NCBI RefSeq assembly: GCF_964355755.1 | Contig: NC_092674.1 | Location: 19,344,001-19,408,000, forward strand | Direction of reading: 5' to 3' | From: Antedon mediterranea | Lineage: Eukaryota > Animalia > Echinodermata | Length of the DNA stretch: 64,000 nt | Part shown: positions 28,601-37,125 of the stretch, piece after piece | Layout: each line of letters opens with the position of its first letter | Position numbering within the stretch: the first letter of the stretch is position 1 | Made by a program: the position numbers and the translations under genes | The notes under the pieces: model-generated | Told to the model about the DNA's origin: nothing | The model's database searches: none | Seen by the model: only the letters and a program-made list of their open reading frames with translations

Positions 28601-30265
28601 TGCTTTTTTGACAACTTTTTTTCACAAATCGGTCGCTTTTTTATCGGTGCTTTCAATGAAAAATATATCTTTTTTCTCAAATTTGAAGACTTTTTTGCAA
28701 TACTAATTTTTGGTTTAAGTAAGGAATAAAATAAACCTTTACTACTCTGACTAGTGATCAAAATAATTTAAAAAAAAAGATCATGATTTTAATAAATGTA
28801 CAGTTAGTAGTTGGATGGTATGCTATAGTACTTACAGTGAAGTGATTGTCATTGGAAACTTTGGTAGGCTTGTAAGTGAATTATTAGCAAGGTTTCTGTA
28901 AACATTAAGTAAATTAATTGGTAAATTATTTTATTTTCTTTGAAATAAGCGCATACGTGTTTGTGCAATGTGTGCAATAGTCTATTTTAATGGGAAGTAT
29001 TTCAACATAATGACTATACAGCGTCATGATAATTATGTGAAAAATGTTGCTAACCATCTCTAAAGTCCGGGAACGTAAAATCAGACAAGGTACCATTGTA
29101 TGCGATGACATATTCTTTTCCCATGGATGATGAATGAGTAAGGATGACCAACAAAAACACGGTGTCAATCAGGGAATTTCACTCTTCAATCCAGTTTGTG
29201 AGAGTGTCGTTTTTAGCATTGTTAACAATAATTATGTTCTTTCTTTCTGTAAATTATATCCTGAGTTATGGACACAGATACCAATAATAAAATATGTATC
29301 ATTGATAAATTAGACGTATTCAAAAGGAGCAAAACTAGATAAAATAACTCAAAACAATAACAATTAATTTTGAAACCTTACATTGAAATAAGTTCCTGTA
29401 GCTCTAACAAAGCATTGGTGTCGATTTTCTTCAGGTTGTTATCACTAAAGTAACTATAAACACGTAATTATGTTATTTTATGTTAAAACTACTAGTTTAT
29501 TTAAAATCCGTTATTATTACCAATAATCAACTATAAACTAATGTAAAAGCACCAAACATTAGAGAAATACATGTTGTCGAATGTTTTAACATCGATGTAC
29601 GTACCATCTTTTTTTCCAAAATGTTCTAATAATGAGTTTTTGGTTAGCTAAATATTTATATGCGATTCTCTCAATACGTTTTCAATGTTGGCTTATATTA
29701 AAAAAAAACAATAAATAAAATTGTGTTCTACAAAGTTAAGTTCTTGACGGAAGTATGCGCATGCGCTATATTGTAGATGAAATTAGGACTACTGTATCCG
29801 GGAAATTACCACCTGAATTAAAACCTACCCTAACTACAATATTGCATCTCACATAACATGTACCGTACATAGTTAGGCCAGGGAAAACTTTATTACAAAA
29901 TTACATATTTAATATATTACAAAGTTTATATTTGTACTAATTTTTAAATATGTTATTGGTGAATAAGCTGAATTACATGGGATTAAGTTTTATTTACTTA
30001 CTTTTTGTTAAATTACGAGATTTATAAAATTCAATATTAATTTAAAAATCTAAACTTACAGCACCAGTGTATTTACAGGAATTCCAACCGGCCATTCATT
30101 GAGTCCACGGTTTGTACAATTCACTCTTCGTGTTCTTTCTGTACATTCACAAACTGCCTTCACATTAGTATCATTACTACATGCAACCTCAACACATTTA
30201 GAAGAATTCACAAACAAACACAACAAGAGCAAAGTCAATAAATCATGAGACATCATCTTCAACAT
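3401..30265 (-). CDS. Multi-exon membrane receptor-like protein: signal peptide, LRRNT, ~17 LRRs, Cys-rich (TNFR/ephrin-receptor-like CxxCPxG) repeats, ~9-TM domain; ~1129 aa
   Basis: Hand-assembled GT-AG exons (minus strand): 30265-30060, 29453-29382, 28895-28836, 27656-27585, 27215-27156, 26995-26927, 25916-25845, 21802-21725, 21452-21381, 10949-10881, 10702-10631, 10316-10251, 9364-9230, 8957-8889, 8487-8413, 8285-8214, 7250-7191, 5773-5592, 5358-3652, 3522-3401. They sum to 3390 nt with no internal stop. LRR exons are all phase 2 (e.g. [40 protein letters not shown]). AATAAA at ~3283-3288. The 7191 donor (GTAAAC) is weak, and extra exons cannot be excluded. Confidence 0.85.
3652..5358 (-). 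CDS. Large penultimate exon of the LRR receptor: Cys-rich repeats plus multi-pass TM domain
   Basis: Acceptor ttgcag|GTGGC at 5358 gives GGFYQDKLG...[10 protein letters not shown]...CPSGTD...DRFGPC. This continues into the 518-aa ORF ([37 protein letters not shown]). Donor G|gtaagg at 3652. Confidence 0.9.
5386..5531. repeat. Intronic tandem duplication of ~67 bp
   Basis: aaaacaatttagataaaatcgtttatgtataaagattatttgctatgtgatcaaatt occurs twice. Confidence 0.85.
6410..6530 (+). mobile_element. CR1/L2-type LINE 3' ORF2 remnant
   Basis: Translates [35 protein letters not shown], resembling the conserved CR1/L2 C-terminus (G..LWN.LP......F K..LK..LL). Confidence 0.6.
7367..8191 (+). mobile_element. 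Non-autonomous Helitron
   Basis: 5' TCTATATATAAATT; 3' GC-rich GCGAGCGAAGCGAGC then CCCTCTAG|T. Its first ~130 bp and its 3' end are shared with the element at 50261-51582. Confidence 0.7.
11920..12260 (-). mobile_element. Degraded CR1/L2-type LINE reverse transcriptase fragments
   Basis: [29 protein letters not shown] and [21 protein letters not shown] are typical non-LTR RT motifs. Confidence 0.75.
12377..18718 (-). mobile_element. Academ (XPG-type) DNA transposon, near full length, decayed
   Basis: Ends TAGTTCAGGAGCTT...AAGCCCCTGGACTA with imperfect TIRs. 3-bp TSD GTT (12374-12376 and 18719-18721). The internal ORF has Academ architecture. Confidence 0.88.
13196..17969 (-). pseudogene. 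Academ transposase (DDE + XPG-like nuclease + Cys8/CXC), frameshifted
   Basis: ORF fragments 16192-17409 (AADNI...[11 protein letters not shown]), 15661-16014 ([14 protein letters not shown]), 14756-15016 and 13196-14731 ([36 protein letters not shown]...RAHYQ, CKC..C..CSC..CT..C.C). They lie in different frames. Confidence 0.88.
18861..19492 (+). mobile_element. Family A tandem array (~1.7 units, period 364 bp) within (TA)n
   Basis: Near-identical units 364 bp apart, with tRNA-like cores at 18946-19017 and 19310-19381. Confidence 0.9.
19310..19381 (+). tRNA. tRNA-like cloverleaf with anticodon ATC (Asp), part of repeat family A; probably not a housekeeping tRNA
   Basis: GCCCCAG TG GTCT AATGGTTA GGAC A TCTGC ATATCAA GCAGG CGGT CCGAG TTCGAGT CTCGG TTGGGGC G. 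All four stems pair, A/B boxes are present and T5 follows immediately. Confidence 0.6.
19771..19826 (+). ncRNA. Type I hammerhead ribozyme (Penelope-like), in a (TA)n-flanked element at ~19527-19865
   Basis: TCAC CTGAAGA [stem II containing CCAGC/GCTGG] GAAA CAAATTTG TA GTGA. Stem I is TCAC/GTGA, stem III is palindromic, cleavage triplet GUA. Confidence 0.75.
19917..20371 (+). mobile_element. Family B tRNA-containing element with inverted partial copies, within (TA)n
   Basis: tRNA-like core at 20061-20132. Its 3' end is repeated in inverted orientation at ~19937-20007 and 20261-20371. Further copies at 23143-23351 and 56355-56833. Confidence 0.85.
20061..20132 (+). tRNA. tRNA-Pro-like pseudo-tRNA (loop CCTGTAA, nominal anticodon TGT) in family B
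   Basis: GGCTCTG TG GTCTAGTGGTATGAT A CTCGC CCTGTAA GCGAG AGGTT GCAGG TTCGAAT CCCGC CAGAGAC A, followed by T6. One acceptor and one T-stem mismatch; C33. Confidence 0.5.
20590..21330 (-). mobile_element. Degraded CR1/L2-type LINE ORF2 fragment (EN-RT linker)
   Basis: [21 protein letters not shown] resembles the PWIT..I...IR.K..LYKK motif. Many frameshifts. Confidence 0.55.
21998..22042 (+). ncRNA. Minimal type I hammerhead ribozyme (Penelope-like)
   Basis: CTGCA CTGACGA GATC TAATAA GATC GAAA CAGTACTG TC TGCAG. Perfect stems I and II, palindromic stem III, GUC site at 22035-22037. Abuts (TA)n. Confidence 0.88.
22048..22222. repeat. (TA)n microsatellite (others at ~18830, 19492, 19866, 21872, 23085, 23351, 24365, 24589, 56832, 57515)
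   Basis: Direct inspection. These tracts produce the spurious IYIY ORFs. Confidence 0.98.
22225..23078 (+). mobile_element. Family A tandem array (~2.4 units, period 364 bp) within (TA)n
   Basis: Units at 22460 and 22824, joined at TTTATATATATAAAA. tRNA-like cores at 22533-22604 and 22897-22968. Confidence 0.9.
23143..23351. mobile_element. Family B partial inverted copies between (TA)n tracts
   Basis: Matches 19917-20007 and 20116-20243 in both orientations. Confidence 0.85.
23417..24352 (+). mobile_element. Family A copy interrupted by a MITE
   Basis: Family A sequence at 23417-23682 resumes at 24246. Confidence 0.8.
23683..24245. mobile_element. ~563-bp MITE with ~33-bp TIR and 8-9-bp TSD
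   Basis: GCGTAATTTTTATTTTCCAGGACGAACGTGGGCA ... TGCCCACGTTCGTCCTGGAAAAAAAATACGC. TSD gTGCTGTTC/aTGCTGTTC. Contains A/B-box-like remnants at ~23843-23895. Confidence 0.8.
24428..24466 (+). ncRNA. Degenerate minimal hammerhead ribozyme (core CTGATAA) in a (TA)n-flanked element at ~24400-24588
   Basis: TTGCA CTGATAA AGGG...CCC GAAA GC TC TGC, with palindromic AGCT stem III. The element's 3' end is repeated at 21829-21870. Confidence 0.5.
24950..25792. repeat. Intronic (TAG)n/(TTA)n low-complexity repeat
   Basis: Direct inspection; mirrored at 49066-49962. Confidence 0.95.
27944..28128. repeat. ~85-bp tandem duplication
   Basis: taaaaacaaactaaaatttcaaaagatcac...cagtttaag occurs twice. Confidence 0.85.
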
Positions 30266-30339
30266 TTGTGCAGGTAAATGCAAATTTAGACTGCCTCTAC
30301 GGCAGTTATAGATTGTGAGAAACTTACAAAGGACAATGC

Positions 30340-30360
30340 TGTATTATATGAACCAATAAA
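30340..30360 (-). promoter_or_regulatory. Candidate CCAAT + TATA-like core promoter of the LRR receptor
   Basis: Minus-strand ATTGGTTCATATAAT lies ~80 nt upstream of the ATG. The paralog has ATTGGTTCATATAAAA at ~47333-47348. Confidence 0.35.
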
Positions 30361-32806
30361 ATCCAACTATTTAAGGTTTTATTTGTGTTTGTTTATAGAA
30401 AAGTTGTGAAACTATTCATTGTCACCAATACAAACATATTTCCGGGTTCAATGCATGTGTTATGTTTTCTAGAAATATTGGCTGCTCTTTTAATACAAAT
30501 ACCATTAGTACGCAGCCAACAGACATTAAGAAAACATCAGCACAAAGTGCGTAACCTCGTTTTTAGTTCAATCTATTGTTATCTTAACGTTTAACGATCC
30601 TAACCATTGATTGTGCCGTAGTATAATACAATGTAGGACTTGATTAAACTAACAAATAAAAATTATTGGTTGGTTTCAAAATCATGGAATGACTAAATAA
30701 GGAAACATAAACAACAAACGAGAGTGCATGTATTTACGTGATTTCTTTGTTTAGCAGAGATGTTTACATTTTAAATGAATTCTGAATTCTGATGACGATC
30801 TTTTTAGGTCAGTGCTGTCTAAAATAAACAATTAAACAGAATACATAACTTTTTTTAAAAACATGCTAAAAATGTTTCACAGCTTTACCTAAGTATATTG
30901 TTTAAAGCAGTATTGTAACAAACTACCCATAGCACAAGCCATCTAAAGAATAGTTAGCCCAGGCAGAAATAAATGAATTAACATAACGTTAATATATTAG
31001 CCGACTCATTTATAAAAAAATTATGTAGTTCATGAACATTTGAAACATAGCATCATTGACTGTTTTAGATAGATATATAGAAAAAAATTGTCTTCCTTGG
31101 CAAGAATATAAATATAAAAAGATCATTATATAACATATTTAAAATACTTATAAAACAAATTACACAAAAATATTTATAATATACTGCACAGGTATTAATA
31201 GTGAAGGCATCGGAATTAAAAACTTCTCTTAAATCGTGAGTTAAAAATATGAATAGCATTTGGAGCAAAAGATAGCCTAAAACATGACTTATTTGATTAT
31301 TTATTATTAATATTTTATGCATATAAAATTTTAAAAATTCTCTTTCGAAACAGCAGTTTTTCGTACCGAAAGTCTGTTTCTGATATGAGTTAAAGTGGTT
31401 CCATATTATTAACCTATTTTTTTTGGCCAGTTTTACACACCGATCGTTTCTTCGTGATTTCATGTCGCTAAAATCTATCATGATGGTATACTAGAATTGT
31501 AGCAATGTGTTCGAGTATATAAAAATTATTGTCCATGATTAAAACAATGGATACAAATTAGACAAATATTTGTTGCCACTTGCGATAGAAAAGAGTATGG
31601 GTTCGTATCCTAACAAAAAATGTACTATTAAAATATGACGAATGAGGGCGTACTATATTTTATGGAAGGGCATTTTTATTTGGATATTTTTAAACACATA
31701 ATTATCTGTATATTATATATTAGTTTAAATTTCGATTTCTTTTTATGTTATGTATTTTATTATATATTTTATTGCAAACTGAACTTAAATTATGCTATAA
31801 ACAGTTAATTACCATTGGTTTCATAGCTTTTTAATTACATCTAATTTTCTCCTTAAATCCCAGACGACGTTGCACGACGACTTTCCAATATATTCTGAAC
31901 ATGCTGCGTGAATTTCATAGGGAAAGAGCTTAATATGCTACGGTGAAGATGATTTTTACTGTACTAAATAAAATGAATACAAATATTAATTTATTCATAA
32001 AAATAACCAATGAAAATACCATCTTTGTTACAATATTATAGAGAAATGATGAGATGGAATATTAGGCAACATGTTTTTTCTTATCGAATAGGTACTTATC
32101 TACGGTATGTTCTTTTGTTTACATAAAATGTGGTTTTTCTTCTCGGGCTGATTTTCAATATGTTTCTTTTTCGTCAGTAAAGTAGAGCGGAGTAACAAAC
32201 ATTGTAAACATTTGACCTGCAAAGATGGCATGTTTAAAATGAGATCAAAGTGTGATTAAAAGATATATTTCAAAACAAACACACAAAGTTAGTATAATGC
32301 AATTAAATCCTTTATTCTGTGTATAAGGTTAAAGCAGTAATTAAACTAGTATTATTCAAGTAAGTGCTTTTTGTCATTGAAAACATGTGTCTATTACTTT
32401 CTTTATTTCACATTGTTTTATCCATTAAAAATGTGTACGGAATTCATTTAAAAAGGTGCCTGTTTGCGTAATATTCAAAATAATGCCAACATTTTTAAAA
32501 ACAGATAATCTGTTCAATGAAAAGCTTAAAGTGTTATCTTTAAAGACATTTTGCTTCAGATTGAAATCTTCATTCTGTGTAATATATTTTTATAATATTG
32601 TGGAAAGCTCAGTTTACATAGAAGAACACTACACGTGTATATAGAAAAACCAACAAATCAATGCTATTCTTCCAGGGGCATTAGATATCACAAGCAAACT
32701 TATTATAAACGTAACTATGTAATAATATTGGTATTAGCTTTGGCCATCGTGAAGGGATGAGTAAGCGTATTTTCAGTTTCTTTATTAAAGATGTATTGTC
32801 CTCTAA

Positions 32807-33166
32807 TGTCTGAGAAGGATTCTCAGAATATGGTGGCCAGAAAAAATAAGAAATGAGGATCTCAGGGTTAGGACTGGACAAGAGCCAGTGGAAATTAAAA
32901 TTGGCAGAAGAAAATGGAAATGGATTGGTCACACACTAAGGAAACCAAAACACAACATAACTAGGCATACCCTAACATGGAATCTCCAATGAAAACAAAA
33001 AAGAGGACGCCCAAGGAACACATGGAGGAGGGAACAGGATAAGGAGGTGAAGGAAGCTGGCTATAACTGGACAGAGGTGGAAGGAATTGCCCAGAACCGT
33101 GTGAGATGGAGACGTGTAGTTGATGACCTATGCACTAGGTGTAAAAAAGCCTAAGGTTAAAGGTCA
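32807..33166 (+). mobile_element. 5'-truncated RTE-clade LINE
   Basis: CLRRILRIWWPEKIRNEDL...KWKWIGHTLRK...KRGRPRNTWRR...IAQNRVRWR. 12-bp TSD ATTGTCCTCTAA (32795-32806 and 33167-33178). Confidence 0.92.
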
Positions 33167-33659
33167 ATTGTCCTCTAAAACATGAAAAATGAAGATTAAT
33201 TAAATTAGACTTTGAATATTTGTTGTTTTAATAAATAAAGTTAATCCCTTCCGTAAAAAACCCATTGGCTCAGTTGACTGCCAGCCAATTTGACCATTAA
33301 AAAAAAATTTAAATTACAGTTTTTTTAGGTAATACATTTTTTCGATTAAATTTTTGTTCAAAGTGGATAATTATCATGTAACATTAAAATGGCATATTCA
33401 ACAAAAGCAATTTAACATTTTTTTTTTCAGATGACAATACATCTTTAAGCAATCAAGGTCAATTAAAATACTGTACATACATATCAAAATAACACTTAAA
33501 TAGAAAACATTTGCGCAAAGGAACATATCTTGATCACAAGGATAGCCAAGAAAAGTTTCTTATTTCCACTAATAAGGTAAGTATGAAAATGTCGTTTTTT
33601 AAACACGACAATTCCAAACAAATTCTATTGGAACGTCTTGATTAATACTTCTTACTATC

Positions 33660-34458
33660 ATTACTAGGAACATTCATTGCGATGGCGTTACTTTTACTCA
33701 CTACAGACGGTTCACTCATTGCAGTGCCATCCGTGTTGATGTACTAGGCTGCTAAAGTACATGTTATCTGAAACAAAAAAATAAAAGAACCTCTAAACGA
33801 ATCCTAGTTTTATTATTGGAAGTTGTTGGGGTAGTTGTCCTTAGGAAGGAAGTTGTTCCTGATGGAAAGGTTGTTCTGATAAGAAAGTTGCACTAATAGG
33901 GTAAGGGGACGTTTTACTAGTAATAGTTCAGCAAATGTGTCCATGGTTATAATTTTACCGAATTGCTTTGGAAAACCTAAATAAAGTCTCGTTGTGCTCG
34001 GATTTGGGTTGAAAAAACTAAAGAAACATCGAGCAGATCTCTGTTTTAAATTTAATTTGAATATAATAATTGTTAATATTAATCGAAATATTCATTTTGT
34101 ATGTATTTAAGTTATATTTATGATTGATTATTATCTCAATTATGTCTATAAATTTAACATCGTTTTGATAAAAAAAAATGTTATGTTGGTGTTGTTGTTG
34201 TTTTTAATAAGTTTGTTGCTCCTTACCATTGTACTGCCAGAACCAAATACGCTTTTCAGCTGTTGTGTGCCCAATGTTACCGAATTAACATGAACCGCTG
34301 GAAATGCAAAGCTGTGTCTATTATTTCCTTCCGCATACCATTTCACAGTATACGACATGTTACTGTAGTGTTGGACATTGAATCTACAGATAAACTCAGT
34401 GTCACATAAGCTTGTCTGTATAAACTACAATGTTGGCGAAAGTGAGTTTGCAGATTGT
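33660..34458 (-). pseudogene. Two orphan exons encoding an Ig-like (VWDE-type) domain fragment with stops
   Basis: Exon 34458-34227 (AG/GT bounded) reads SPTL*FIQ...EFICRFN...YTVKWYAEG...GSGSTM. The next exon, from 33767, reads ITCTLAA*. The family assignment is tentative. Confidence 0.5.
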
Positions 34459-34552
34459 CTGAAAAACATGTTATGGTACAATTACATTTAAATGATAGCA
34501 AATGTAATTTTCTTCCCTGCTTCTGAAATTTTCTGTTCTTAAATTGTTTAAA

Positions 34553-35163
34553 AGTTCATTTCAAATTTGGAGAGGGAAATTACCTCTTTTCTTACCACAA
34601 GGTCCTTTTCACTTCATTATGATGATAATAATGCATACTTTATTCAAAACCTCAGCTGGGTAGATCATATTAAAAATGTATCCCTTTCTAAAGCAACGTT
34701 TAATAGTTCATTTCAAATTTGGAGAGGGAAATTACCTCTTTTCTTACCCCAAGGTCCTTTTCACTTCATTATGATGATAATAATGCATATATTATTCAAA
34801 ACCTCAGCCGGGTAGATCATATGAAAAATGTATCCCTTTCTAAAGCAACGTTTAATAGTTCATTTCAAATTTGGAGAGGGAAATTACCTCTTTTCTTACC
34901 ACAAGGTCCTTTTCACTTCATTATGATGATAATAATGCATACATTATTTAAAACCTCAGCTGGGTAGATCATATGAAAATTGTATCCCTTTCTAAAGCAA
35001 CGTTTAATAGTTCATTTCAAATTTGGAGAGGGAAATTACCTCTTTTCTTACCCCAAGGTCCTTTTCACTTCATTATAAAGATAATAATACATACATTAAT
35101 CAAAACCTCAGCTGGGTAGATCATATGAGTATCCCTTTCTAAAGCAACGTTTAATAGTTCATT
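34553..35163. repeat. Tandem repeat, 152-bp unit, ~4 copies
   Basis: Near-identical units; the duplicate ORFs at 34567 and 34719 are 152 bp apart. Confidence 0.95.
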
Positions 35164-35506
35164 TGCAAAATAAAACATATTATTTATTAACGAGAATACT
35201 TTGTATTTATTTTTGTTCTTGTTTTTATGTAATTAATTGTTAAATTGTTTTTATGGGTGTATATACTTATGCAATTTTTGCATATGCCTGTGAGCAGGGG
35301 CAACTATAAACTCTATATCGTCCTTCGGCCAAATGATTTTTTTTTTTTTTTTGGGTAAATGTACATAATACAATGTTGATGCTTACTGATTTTGGTCGAA
35401 ATAAATGTGGAATTAATTTGATTTATACCAAATAGAGATAAACTAACGCATGCAGTTGGGCGTGTAACCAGTTGATGAATGTTTTCCGTGAGCACAAAGA
35501 ACATCT

Positions 35507-36303
35507 TATAGCTTGCTCACGGAGGACTACATATCCTGACGTTGCTAATCCTATATAAACACTAAAACCAGAAACACTTCCCATTGCTTTATATTTTACT
35601 GGATGGTCGAAATAATTATTGTTTGAACTCATGAACGAGCGTATCGTCTGTGAAACAGTTGTTTCAACTTATTAACAGGCGAACGGTGCATAAAAAAGCA
35701 ATGATGTTTTGTTTCAAATGTTGATAAATGAGTCGGCTAATATATTAACGTTACATTAATTCATTTATCGCTGCCTGGGCTCTTTAGAGGGTATGTGTTA
35801 TTGGTAGTTTGTTACAATACTACTTTAAATAATATACAGCTGTGAAACATGCTTAGCATGTTTTTAAAATAAGTTATATATGCTTTTTAATTGTTTATTT
35901 TAGACTTAAAAAGATCGTCATCAGATTTCAGAATTCATTCCTTTAAACTGTAAACATCTCTGCTAAACAACCAAATCACGGAACTACATGCACTCGCTGT
36001 TGTTGTGTATGTTTCCTTATGTAATAAATCCAATTGTAACCAACCAATAATTTTGTTTTACTTTCTTTTTATTTGTTTGAATGCATTTAATTTTCTACAA
36101 TCAAGTCCTACATTGTATTATACCATGGCACAGACAATGGTTAAGGTCGTTAAACGTTAAGATAACAACACAAAACAATCACGAGGTTACGCACTTTGTG
36201 TTGACGTTTCCTTAATGTCTTTTGGCTGCGTACTAATGGTATTTGCATTAAAAGAGCAGCAAATATTACTAGAACACATAACCCATGCATTGAACCCGGA
36301 AAC
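35507..36303 (+). repeat. Third, truncated copy of the receptor upstream region
   Basis: Matches 44040-44120 and 46545-47250, and the reverse complement of ~30440-31050. Ends just before the Academ at 36312. Confidence 0.85.
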
Positions 36304-37125
36304 TCAACAAATAGTCCAGTCAATCTATGACAAAAAAGGGCGTAACCCAAAAAAAATTGCAATAGTTTCCAAACCTTTTTTATTTGATTCTATAAGCATC
36401 TGGGAAGATCATTTCCAAAATCTACCAAAATCGGTTCAGTGGAACATACTTTTTAAGGGGTTTTAAGGTCATAGGGGTCAAATTACACATTTTTCTATTT
36501 TGAAAACTACTAGGCGTAGCATGTTAATTTTGGTGTCAAACTATTCAGAAGACCCATATTTATATGTACTCTAATGAAACCTTTTTACCAAAAATTACAG
36601 GAAAGCATGTTTTTGACCTTTGACCTATTTATTGTATATGTTCGTATATTCGTATCTTAGTAACCAGTGGGCGTAGATGAGCGTTATTTGCGTCAAACTA
36701 CTCATAAGGTCAATGTTTATATTAGTTCTAATGGAAAAGATTCGTGTAAAATGACCGAAAGTCATTATTTTGACCTTTGACACATATTCATTATTTTAGA
36801 TTTCTCAGTAACTACATTTTTTATATCTCAGTAACCACTAAGCACAACTTCGTCAATTTTGTGTCAAAAGATTCAGAAGACTATATATATATATTATATT
36901 CACTATAGGCCTAATGAAAAAGTTTTTTTTTTAAATGGATAGAAACTATGTTTTTGACCTTTGACCTATTATACCAGTATATTTGTTTATATTTACTCTA
37001 ATGAAAACAAATGCAAATGTACAATATAACCGAAAATCATTATTTTGACCGTTAACATTTTCTAGTCGTGTCATGAATAAATCTCGGGACTCGAGTATAA
37101 CATTTTAAATTTGACCAAATAATAA

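Noticed and set aside
34553-35163. Regular repeat as a CRISPR array or coding repeat
   Set aside because: Whole units repeat without unique spacers, the context is eukaryotic, and the 152-bp period breaks frame.
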